From positions 71,021-135,020 of the forward strand of contig JAHCIT010000008.1 of NCBI GenBank assembly GCA_026129095.1: 64,000 nucleotides of DNA. The letters are read 5' to 3'. This document shows, piece after piece, positions 40,983 to 48,886 of the stretch (its first letter is position 1; each line of letters opens with the position of its first letter). The notes below the pieces were generated by a model. The model saw only the letters and a program-made list of their open reading frames with translations. It did not search any database and was not told the origin of the DNA. The position numbers and the translations under genes are program-made. Source of the stretch: Deltaproteobacteria bacterium (GTDB lineage: Bacteria; JAGRBM01; JAHCIT01).

Positions 40983-41872
40983 TGAAGCGCTCCCGGAAAC
41001 CTGCGCCCGCGAGGCGGCACTCGATCACCGGTCTCATCGCCACCGGGAACCCCCTGCCGCTCCCTGGTGTCTATGACGCCCTTTCGGCCCGGCTCGCCGA
41101 ACGGGCCGGTTTTCAGGCGGCATTCGTCAGCGGATATTCGCTTTCGGCCGCCGCGCTGGGGGAGCCGGACTTCGGCTTCATCGGTCACGCGGAGATTGTC
41201 GACGCTGCCCGCCGGATCTGTGCATCAGTCACGATTCCCGTCATCGTCGACATAGATACCGGTTACGGCAACGCTTTCAACGTCGAGCGCGTCGTCCGCG
41301 ATCTCATCAACGTGGGCGCGGCCGGCTGCTTCCTCGAGGACCAGGTGTGGCCCAAGCGGTGCGGCCACATGGAAGGGAAAAAGGTGGTTCCGCTTGAGGA
41401 ATACCTGCCGAAGCTCCGCGCCGCTCTGGCCGCCCGGGGCAAGGCACCTTTCCACATCACCGCCCGCACCGACGCACGGGCGGCCGTGGGACTGGACGAG
41501 GCCATTCGCCGGGGGCAGGCGTTCGCCGAGGCGGGAGCGGACGCCGTGTTCATCGAGGCCCCCCAGTCGGCGGCCGAGATGGCCCGGATCCGGAAGAGCA
41601 TTTCCCGTCAGGTGCCGCTTGTCGCCAACATGGTGGAGAACGGCAAGACACCACTCCAGCCTTACAAGCGGCTCCACAAGTCGGGGTACCAGATCGTCGT
41701 GATGCCGGTGGCCGGGCTTCTCGCCGCTGCGAAGGCACTTCAGGATGTGTATGGGACTCTGGCGAAGAAGGGTGTAACGTCCGCATTTGCCCGCCGGATG
41801 CTCACCTTCCAGGAGATGAACGGGCTGACAGGGCTTCCCGAACGCTACCGCCGCGAGAAGGAGTGGGCATGA
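40982..41872 (+). CDS. Isocitrate lyase/PEP mutase family enzyme (PrpB-like)
   Basis: YDALSA, VDIDTGYG, EDQVWPKRCGH, ARTDA, ANMVENGKTP. Confidence 0.88.
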   Translation: MKRSRKPAPARRHSITGLIATGNPLPLPGVYDALSARLAERAGFQAAFVSGYSLSAAALGEPDFGFIGHAEIVDAARRICASVTIPVIVDIDTGYGNAFNVERVVRDLINVGAAGCFLEDQVWPKRCGHMEGKKVVPLEEYLPKLRAALAARGKAPFHITARTDARAAVGLDEAIRRGQAFAEAGADAVFIEAPQSAAEMARIRKSISRQVPLVANMVENGKTPLQPYKRLHKSGYQIVVMPVAGLLAAAKALQDVYGTLAKKGVTSAFARRMLTFQEMNGLTGLPERYRREKEWA

Positions 41873-42684
41873 ATTTCGTCAAAATCGAAAAACCCAAGCC
41901 GCACATTGCGGTCGTGACGCTCGACCGTCCCGACCGCTACAATGCGCTGTCGTTTGCGCTCATGCGTGATCTCCACAAGGCGTTGGATGATTTGATGGGG
42001 GATCCGGCTTCCCGCGTGGTTATTCTGACCGGTTCAGGCAAGGGGTTCTGTGCCGGGGCCGATCTCAAGGCCGCCGCTTCAGGCGAGCAGAAGGAGTGGG
42101 AGCCAGGCCTGGGACCCATCCAGGACAAATACCGGATGCAGCAGGCTTACGGACAGCTGATCCTGAAACTCCGCCAGATTCCCCAGCCGGTGATTGCCGC
42201 CGTGAACGGCCCGGCCGCCGGGGGCGGGTTCTCGCTCGTGCTGGCCTGCGACCTGCGGATCTGCGCGCCGGAGGCGAAGTTCAACTGCGCCTTCACGCGG
42301 CTCGGGATCGGCGGGGCAGAAATGGCCTCCAGCTACTTCCTCCCGAAACTGCTGGGGCCGGCGCTCGCTGCCGAACTGATGTACACCGGCCGGTTCGTGG
42401 ATGCCGACGAGGCGCTTCGTACAGGGGTCGTGAGCCGTGTCGTACCCGGCGACAAGCTGCTCGACACCGCCCTCGGCCTTGCCGGTGAAATGATTACCCA
42501 CGCGAGCCCGTTCGGTCTCCGCATCACCAAGGAGGCGATCAACCTCGCCCAGGGAGGGCTCTCGCTGGAGGAGACCGTCGCCATCGAGAACCGCAACCAG
42601 GTTCTCGCCCTGCAAACACAGGATTTCATGATGGCCGCCGCTGCCTGGGCGCAAAAGAAGAATCCCGAGTTCAAGGACCGCTGA
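41869..42684 (+). CDS. Enoyl-CoA hydratase/isomerase (crotonase) family protein
   Basis: FCAGADL, PVIAAVNGPAAGGGFSLVLACD; ATGA overlap with upstream gene. Confidence 0.9.
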   Translation: MNFVKIEKPKPHIAVVTLDRPDRYNALSFALMRDLHKALDDLMGDPASRVVILTGSGKGFCAGADLKAAASGEQKEWEPGLGPIQDKYRMQQAYGQLILKLRQIPQPVIAAVNGPAAGGGFSLVLACDLRICAPEAKFNCAFTRLGIGGAEMASSYFLPKLLGPALAAELMYTGRFVDADEALRTGVVSRVVPGDKLLDTALGLAGEMITHASPFGLRITKEAINLAQGGLSLEETVAIENRNQVLALQTQDFMMAAAAWAQKKNPEFKDR

Positions 42685-42689
42685 TTCCA

Positions 42690-43460
42690 ATGACCGCGAA
42701 GAAAAACTACTTCGACCTCACCGGAAAAGTAGCTGTTGTCACCGGAGCGAGCCGGGGCCTCGGACGCAGCATGGCTCTGGGCCTTGCCCACGCTGGAGCG
42801 GCAGTCGTGCTGGCTTCGAGAGGAAAAGAGGCACTTGATGCAGTCGCGGCGGAAGTGCGCGCAGACGGCGCCGAAGCCCTTGTCGTCCCTGCCGACCTGG
42901 GCACGAATGAAGGCAATGACCGGCTGGCGGAAGCGGCTCTCGGCTGGAAGCAGCAGGTGGATATCCTCGTCAACAACGCCGGTTACAGCAGTTCGGTTCG
43001 TTTCCTGGAATCCACTGATGAGGAGTGGCGCAGGATTTTCGACATCAACCTGTTCGGCATCGTACGGCTGACGCGCTCCATCGGGAAGCACATGACCGCC
43101 CGCAAGCAGGGGTCGGTCATCATGATCGGCAGCGTGCTCGGCCGCACCGCCATGAGCGGCGCCTCCCCCTATTGTGTCACCAAGGGGGCCATCGAACAGT
43201 TCACCCGCGTGCTGGGAACCGAATGGGCCAAGTTCAATGTGCGGGTCAACTGCATCGCGCCCGCCTATTTCGACACGGAACTGGCCTCCGAGGCCCGAAA
43301 CGCCGAAAAGACCTACGACTACATTGTCCGCCGGACTCCGATGCGCCGGTTCGGCAATGCCGATGAGATCATCTCGTCGGCACTCTATCTGGCCAGCGAC
43401 GCCTCATCATACGTTACGGGCAGCATCGTTCACGTGGATGGCGGCTGGACGGCTGCCTAG
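42690..43460 (+). CDS. SDR family oxidoreductase
   Basis: TGASRGLG, NNAG, YCVTK, VDGGW. Confidence 0.93.
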   Translation: MTAKKNYFDLTGKVAVVTGASRGLGRSMALGLAHAGAAVVLASRGKEALDAVAAEVRADGAEALVVPADLGTNEGNDRLAEAALGWKQQVDILVNNAGYSSSVRFLESTDEEWRRIFDINLFGIVRLTRSIGKHMTARKQGSVIMIGSVLGRTAMSGASPYCVTKGAIEQFTRVLGTEWAKFNVRVNCIAPAYFDTELASEARNAEKTYDYIVRRTPMRRFGNADEIISSALYLASDASSYVTGSIVHVDGGWTAA

Positions 43461-43462
43461 CA

Positions 43463-44104
43463 TCAGGAGGGCCTGGGCAACGGCCCATTGGCACCCGGCC
43501 GGAACATCCTGAGCATCTGGAAGCAGACCCGGAGGTCGACCTCTTCCGGGTCGAGCTGCCACTGGAAGAATATGCCCTCATAGACGGCAATCATCATAGT
43601 GGCCGCATGGCGTATCATGGCGGGGTCTGCACCCGGATATTCACGGACGATCTCCCGGACGATGGCATCCCGGTACCGGCGATAGATTCCCCGGAGCCGC
43701 TGGCGCACGCGGCCATCCTCTTCCGAACGTTCCATGGCAAGCTGGTGCAGTACCCGCAGGGTTTCGGGCGAATGGGTCATCTGGCGCTCGACGGAATTAA
43801 GGAAGATCTCGAACCGCTCTCCGAGTGTCCGGCCGGCGCGGACTTCCTCAAGCACATGGTCCACATAGGTCGAGGTGCTTTCCTCGATCACGGCGAGAAG
43901 GATGTCATCCTTGCCACCCTTGAAGTGCCAGTAAATCGACGATGGCGACGCCTTCGCGCTGGCGGCGATCTCGTCCACCGAGGTCGCCGCGTACCCTTTT
44001 CGTGAAAAAAGATGCTCGGCCGCATGAAGGACGCGCTCGCGGGAACTGGACGACCGGCGCTGGAACGGCTTGGGGCGAAGCGGCCTGGAAAGGGGCGGCT
44101 TCAC
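43463..44104 (-). CDS. TetR/AcrR family transcriptional regulator
   Basis: RERVLHAAEHLFSRKGYAATSVDEIA..SSIYWHF; GTG 44104 overlaps the upstream TGA. Confidence 0.9.
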   Translation of the reverse strand: MKPPLSRPLRPKPFQRRSSSSRERVLHAAEHLFSRKGYAATSVDEIAASAKASPSSIYWHFKGGKDDILLAVIEESTSTYVDHVLEEVRAGRTLGERFEIFLNSVERQMTHSPETLRVLHQLAMERSEEDGRVRQRLRGIYRRYRDAIVREIVREYPGADPAMIRHAATMMIAVYEGIFFQWQLDPEEVDLRVCFQMLRMFRPGANGPLPRPS

Positions 44105-45009
44105 GCGGACGATTCCATCATCATGCGCTGGTTGTAGCGCATGATCTGCTTCTGGAAGTTCACACCCATGCGGTACTGGGGAATGTTCATGGCGTGAGGC
44201 GCCCGGTCCGGCACTGCCCTCACCCGGTTCCAGTATTTCTCCTGCCGCTCTGGCTGGACCATGCGCCGCGACATGGTACGTGCGTGACGGAACATGGTCG
44301 TGAATCCCATTGGCAACAGCACCAGGCCGGTCATGATCCTCCTCCATGAACGGGCCAGTCCCGCTGCCACTGTGGGAATATCCTTCGCCGTCAGCTTTCC
44401 GCCCGGATTGATGGAGGCGATGCTGCGCCCCGTCCGCTCCAGCAGCCAGTAGTCCATGGCGAGATGACGGGATTCATCGATGTCGATCCGGCGGAACACC
44501 TCTGCCTGCAGCGGATCGTTCATCATGGTCTTGAGAGCTGGTATCAGGATCGCATCAAGACCAATCTCGAACAGGATGATCTGCGAGCTGGTGAATTCAT
44601 ACAAATCCCTGGTGGGGTTATCAAAATTGCCCCGGAGGTACCGGAACATGATCCGCACGGAGAGCGGCAGATCCTTCCAGCCGACGCCGTACCGCTTGGC
44701 CATCAGCATCTCGGCGTCGGCGTGGCGGGTCTCGTCCCGCTCAAACAGACGGTAGATTGCCTTGGCGCGCGGATCGTCCACGTAGTCGGCGCACAGGGCG
44801 AATATCCGGGCAGCCTGGCGCTCAAGTCCCGCCGTGAAGACGATCATCAGCGCCGCATCGCGCAACTCCTGCTTCGACAGGCCTTCAGCGCCCTCCAGCG
44901 GACGGGACCAGTCGAAATCGTGGACGTCCCACTGTCCCTTGCGCGTGGCCTCCAGGATGTGGTCGAGGTCGATCTCGGCCGCTTTGGCTTCTGAAGTGCT
45001 GGCTCCCAT
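44101..45009 (-). CDS. Ferritin-like diiron enzyme (AurF-like)
   Basis: QWDVHDFDW; E..DETRH and E..DESRH diiron ligand pairs. Confidence 0.8.
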   Translation of the reverse strand: MGASTSEAKAAEIDLDHILEATRKGQWDVHDFDWSRPLEGAEGLSKQELRDAALMIVFTAGLERQAARIFALCADYVDDPRAKAIYRLFERDETRHADAEMLMAKRYGVGWKDLPLSVRIMFRYLRGNFDNPTRDLYEFTSSQIILFEIGLDAILIPALKTMMNDPLQAEVFRRIDIDESRHLAMDYWLLERTGRSIASINPGGKLTAKDIPTVAAGLARSWRRIMTGLVLLPMGFTTMFRHARTMSRRMVQPERQEKYWNRVRAVPDRAPHAMNIPQYRMGVNFQKQIMRYNQRMMMESSA

Positions 45010-45049
45010 GCCTGGTACTCCTGTTTCCGGCTGATTTCGTTCCGCCCCT

Positions 45050-45090
45050 CTGGAACGACCGTTACAGCACTACTGTAGCGATCGTTCCAG
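45050..45090. promoter_or_regulatory. Double palindromic operator (likely for the adjacent TetR)
   Basis: CTGGAACGACCGTTACAG-cacta-CTGTAGCGATCGTTCCAG: 16/18 inverted repeat, each arm itself a near-palindrome. Confidence 0.65.
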
Positions 45091-45143
45091 TTACCCGCAA
45101 CAGAAAATAATAATTAGCTGTAATTACAGATATTTAGACGATA

Positions 45144-45689
45144 TTACCCGGTGACTGGCGGGCGGTATTCACCTTTTTCGCCAGCGAACCAGGTTTCCCA
45201 CAGAACGCACCACGCCGTGACCGCAAGCCCGCCCAAGGCAGCAAGAAACCCGGCCAGAAACAGCACGCCAAACACCGGCGACAGGTACCGGATCAGCCAC
45301 AGGCTTGCGAGAAACGCCGCCAGCCCGCCGAACATCGCCGCGATTACCCAGACCTTGAACCGCTCGCTCCGGGCCGTGAGCGTCAGCATGTGCCCGTAGA
45401 TATAGAGCAGCATCCCCATGCCGAACGCGTGAACATGGGTGATCCGCAGAAGGGTTTCGTAATCAATGGCGAAGTAGAGCTGGGTTCCCTCCGCCAGTTC
45501 GTCACCGCCGGCATAATGGGCCGTAAGCCCCTCGATACTGAGCCCGTTCTGCTTGTGGGCGAAGAAGAATGTGATGATGATGCCGATAAGAGTCAGAACC
45601 AACGCACCCGTTGTGAGCACCTTGATGGCCGGCGAGGCCCGCCCCAGCCGGTAGTGAACCACCGGCGGGCGCTTGCCGGAAGGATTCAC
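45144..45689 (-). CDS. Four-TM His-containing membrane protein (possible heme-b carrier)
   Basis: Hydrophobic helices; ITHVHAFGMGMLLYIYGHML; GTGA overlap with apbE. Confidence 0.6.
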   Translation of the reverse strand: MNPSGKRPPVVHYRLGRASPAIKVLTTGALVLTLIGIIITFFFAHKQNGLSIEGLTAHYAGGDELAEGTQLYFAIDYETLLRITHVHAFGMGMLLYIYGHMLTLTARSERFKVWVIAAMFGGLAAFLASLWLIRYLSPVFGVLFLAGFLAALGGLAVTAWCVLWETWFAGEKGEYRPPVTG

Positions 45690-46726
45690 CGGCGAGGCTC
45701 CGGACGGAGATAGCGGGCAAACCCCGGCGTCATGACCCGGCCGCCGGGAAGCGATGCGTCGGCAACCAGAAGCTCCCGGCCGGGAAGCGATCCGATCAGT
45801 TCCAGGCCGCGGGCCGCACCCATCACGAATACCGCGCTGGAAAGCGCATCGGCTTCAGCGGCCACCGGCGCGATGACAGTGACGCTGGCCGGGGGAGCCG
45901 CGACTGGTTCCTTCGTGCGCGGGTCAATAAGGTGCGACCGGCGTTTTTTTCCGAACCACAGGCCCTGTTCGTAGTCGCCCGAAGTTGAAACAGCCGCATC
46001 ATCCAGTTCCAGCACTGCAAGGCTGCCGTCCGGGTCGTGCGGATCCTGTATCGCCACTTCCTGAACCGGCAGCCGGCCCACAACACGGATGTCGCCGCTC
46101 ACGGCAACCAGCGCGCTTTCCACCCCAAGGGATTTCAGCGCTTCCGCCGCGCGGTCTGCGCCGTAGCCTTTCCCGATGGCACCAAAGTCCAGCCGGACCT
46201 GCGGGTTCGTAAGGCGCGCCCGCCGGTTCGCGGTTTCCAGTTCCAGATGGTCAAAACCCACCGGTTGCGCGGCGATCTCTGCCGAATAAGGCTCGGCACC
46301 ACGGCGGGCGGCGGCCTTCCACAGCCTTACCGCCGCCCCGGCGGCCGGATCGAAAGCCCCGCCGCTCGAACGGTTCAGACGTGCACTCATACCAGATATC
46401 TCGATGAATCCGGCAGAAACATCCGTCCAGCTTCCATTGGCAAGAGCGAGCCGTCCCACGTCGCTCGTATCAGAAAAGTGTGACAGTCCCCTGTCCACGG
46501 CACGGAGCGCATCGAGAGCCGCCTCGGCGGCTCGTACGGCAAATCTCCGGTCCGGGTGGCGAATGAATATTTCGGCGATGGTTCCCATCACCTGATCGGC
46601 ACGGGCAACCACTTCTCCGGTGATTTCAGCCGCCGCCAGCAGCCGGAAGGGACGGGCCGCAATTGCGCAAACCCCTGCGCTTGCAGCAAGTCCCAGAAAG
46701 TCGCGGCGGTGAAAGGACTTTTTCAC
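45686..46726 (-). CDS. apbE: FAD:protein FMN transferase (Tat-type signal)
   Basis: HRRDFLG; VMGT, GAFDP, LDFGAIGKGYGAD, VSTSGDYE, HLIDPRT, ADALSSA. Confidence 0.92.
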   Translation of the reverse strand: MKKSFHRRDFLGLAASAGVCAIAARPFRLLAAAEITGEVVARADQVMGTIAEIFIRHPDRRFAVRAAEAALDALRAVDRGLSHFSDTSDVGRLALANGSWTDVSAGFIEISGMSARLNRSSGGAFDPAAGAAVRLWKAAARRGAEPYSAEIAAQPVGFDHLELETANRRARLTNPQVRLDFGAIGKGYGADRAAEALKSLGVESALVAVSGDIRVVGRLPVQEVAIQDPHDPDGSLAVLELDDAAVSTSGDYEQGLWFGKKRRSHLIDPRTKEPVAAPPASVTVIAPVAAEADALSSAVFVMGAARGLELIGSLPGRELLVADASLPGGRVMTPGFARYLRPEPRR

Positions 46727-47385
46727 TGGACGGTTCCTTTCGTTTCTCCCGTGACGGTTGTTCCTGCCCGGTACCGGGGGGCCGCCTTGAGAAACATCTC
46801 CTGGGTGAGAAGCAGAGCCTTCTTCACTCCCCCTGTCATCACCTCCGCCGAAACCGTCGCTCCCGATACGGAGCGGATCGACCTGCCGACTCTCAGTTCG
46901 TCGTCAATAGTCTTACCCTCATACTGCGCGTTGAACCGGCGAGCCTTTACCTGTTCACCTCTGGGTTCGCGGTATACCACCACCGCCGTGCGCGTGATTT
47001 CACCGGCAGGGCTTACCCCCACAATGAAGGTAATCGGCCGGAAACGGGTCTTTTCCGTGAGCAACCAGGCGTATCCGGCCAGTTCGCCGGTTTCCGGATC
47101 ACGCCCCACCCGGACGGTCACTGTCTCGCCGGGCTCCACGCCCAAACCTGTAAACTCGAAAAGCCGGGCCGCCAGCTCGGCATCAATAGTCCGGCTTTCG
47201 GCGGTAACCTCCACCCCCTCACCGAGGGCGAAATGCACGGCTTCCTCATCGGACATGTAGCGGATTGCCCATGCCGGACGTACCGTCCCCACCACGGCCA
47301 GAAGTCCCAGCACTCCCCATAGGGCAGCCAGCATCTGGACCGTTCGCTTTCGTCTTGCTGGAATTACGACCGGCATCCTCACCAC
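46723..47385 (-). CDS. Extracytoplasmic FMN-binding (flavinylated) protein
   Basis: Signal peptide; PITFIVGV..YREPRG..IRSVSGATVSA ([ST]GA[ST] motif); start uncertain. Confidence 0.85.
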   Translation of the reverse strand: MVRMPVVIPARRKRTVQMLAALWGVLGLLAVVGTVRPAWAIRYMSDEEAVHFALGEGVEVTAESRTIDAELAARLFEFTGLGVEPGETVTVRVGRDPETGELAGYAWLLTEKTRFRPITFIVGVSPAGEITRTAVVVYREPRGEQVKARRFNAQYEGKTIDDELRVGRSIRSVSGATVSAEVMTGGVKKALLLTQEMFLKAAPRYRAGTTVTGETKGTVQ

Positions 47386-47435
47386 CTGTGCTGCACCGGG
47401 ACGGGCCCAAACATTCCAGCGGGAATCCGCTGGTT

Positions 47436-47453
47436 TTGAATATAATTATCAAT
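47436..47453. promoter_or_regulatory. Fur-box-like site
   Basis: TTGAATATAATTATCAAT resembles TGA(T/A)AATnATT(A/T)TCA; AT-rich island just upstream of the FMN-binding gene, near a minus-strand TTGACT. Confidence 0.55.
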
Positions 47454-47692
47454 TTCCTGAGATTAAGTCAAAGAGCCGTCACAGAATTATTGCTGGCAGC
47501 CGCCCTACCCGTTTCCTGAAGAATGTGGAACAGTTGCTGGGGAAGCCGATTTAGCCCTAACCGTGTGAAATTGTCTCGTTATCCGGTAACTTCAGGCTGT
47601 GAAAAACGTTCCCTGTACTGAAGTCCAAATAGCTGAAACCGGCATTTGGCCTTTCCTTTCCAGCCCTTAGCGACTGTCCGCAGGAGCCCCCC

Positions 47693-48883
47693 TTGCCGCG
47701 CGCAGAAACACCATCAGCAGGAAACCCGGTCAGGCACCTCCGGGGAACGATTCGCGTACTGGGCCTTCTGGCGCTCCCGGTTGTCCTCCTTGGCGGTTGC
47801 AAGGGTGGTGACAGCACGACCCAGAAGGGCCCGCAAGGTGTCACCTACCCGGTCGAGGCAATCCGGGTGGAGGCCCGGGATGTCCAGTATTCAATCTTTG
47901 CCGTGGGCTCGGTGGATGCCTTCGAGCAGGTGGAAGCGACTTCCAAGGTCGAAGGCGTCGTGGAAAAGGTGCTGTTCACCGAGGGTGACACCGTGAAAGA
48001 GGGTCAGGTGCTGGTTGAGGTTGAACCCCAGCGCTACCGGCTCGCCGCGCAAGCGGCCCGCGCCGAATTCGACCGGGCACAGGTCGAATACCAGACGGCC
48101 GAAAGCATGTACGCCCGGCGGCTGGAACTGAAGGAAACGGCACCGGATATCATCTCTGAGGACGACCTGGACAGTCTTCGCCGGGAAGCGGAATCCAGAA
48201 AAGCTGCTGCCATGGCGGCCCGGGCCAATGCGGAACTGGCGGAACTCAAGTACCGTGACTCGCATGTCCGGGCCCCCCACAGCGGAACCATCGAAACCCG
48301 GTCGGTCCAGACCGGACAGTACGTGAAGTTCGGACAGGTGCTGTCCACGCTGATCCGGCGGGATCCGCTGCTCCTCCGGTTCCAGGTTCCGGAACAGGAT
48401 GCGGGCCACCTTCGTCCGGAAATGACAGCCACGTTCAGCGTCCGCGACAACAGCTACCGGTTCGAAGCGGTCCTTGTGCATGTCGCAACCAAGGCCGATG
48501 AAACGACACGAATGACAGCCGTGATAGCCCGCGTGACCGATGCGAAACGCGATCAACTCCGTCCCGGCGCCTTTGCCGAAATCACCGTCCCCGTGGCCGC
48601 TCCCCAGCCCATGCCGGTCATCCCGCAAACGGCGATCCGGCCCACGGCACGAGGCTTCCTCGGATTCGTGGTCGAGGACGGCAATACCGCCCGTGAACGG
48701 CTCCTTACCCTGGGGCTTCGCACGCCGGACGGATGGGTTGAAGTTCGCTCCGGCGTGAAGCCGGGAGAGATGGTCGTGATCCGCGGATCGGAGGCCCTCC
48801 GTGACGGCGTAACCGTTTCCGTCGAACAGCCGGCACCCCCGGCCGGCACCGGTACACCCGCCCCTGCCAAAGAAAACCTCTAG
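47693..48883 (+). CDS. RND efflux periplasmic adaptor (MFP) lipoprotein
   Basis: Lipobox LLGGC; GDTVKEGQVL, VRAPHSG, LRPGAF; start uncertain. Confidence 0.92.
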   Translation: MPRAETPSAGNPVRHLRGTIRVLGLLALPVVLLGGCKGGDSTTQKGPQGVTYPVEAIRVEARDVQYSIFAVGSVDAFEQVEATSKVEGVVEKVLFTEGDTVKEGQVLVEVEPQRYRLAAQAARAEFDRAQVEYQTAESMYARRLELKETAPDIISEDDLDSLRREAESRKAAAMAARANAELAELKYRDSHVRAPHSGTIETRSVQTGQYVKFGQVLSTLIRRDPLLLRFQVPEQDAGHLRPEMTATFSVRDNSYRFEAVLVHVATKADETTRMTAVIARVTDAKRDQLRPGAFAEITVPVAAPQPMPVIPQTAIRPTARGFLGFVVEDGNTARERLLTLGLRTPDGWVEVRSGVKPGEMVVIRGSEALRDGVTVSVEQPAPPAGTGTPAPAKENL

Positions 48884-48886
48884 GCC

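Noticed and set aside
44105-44347. N-terminal extension of the TetR ORF
   Set aside because: Overlaps the diiron gene by about 245 nt; GTG at 44104 fits a normal TetR and translational coupling.
47520-47610. DnaA-like boxes (TGTGAAAAA 47598-47606, TGTGGAACA) suggesting oriC
   Set aside because: Only one relaxed-consensus match, no box cluster or unwinding element, no dnaA/dnaN/gidA nearby.
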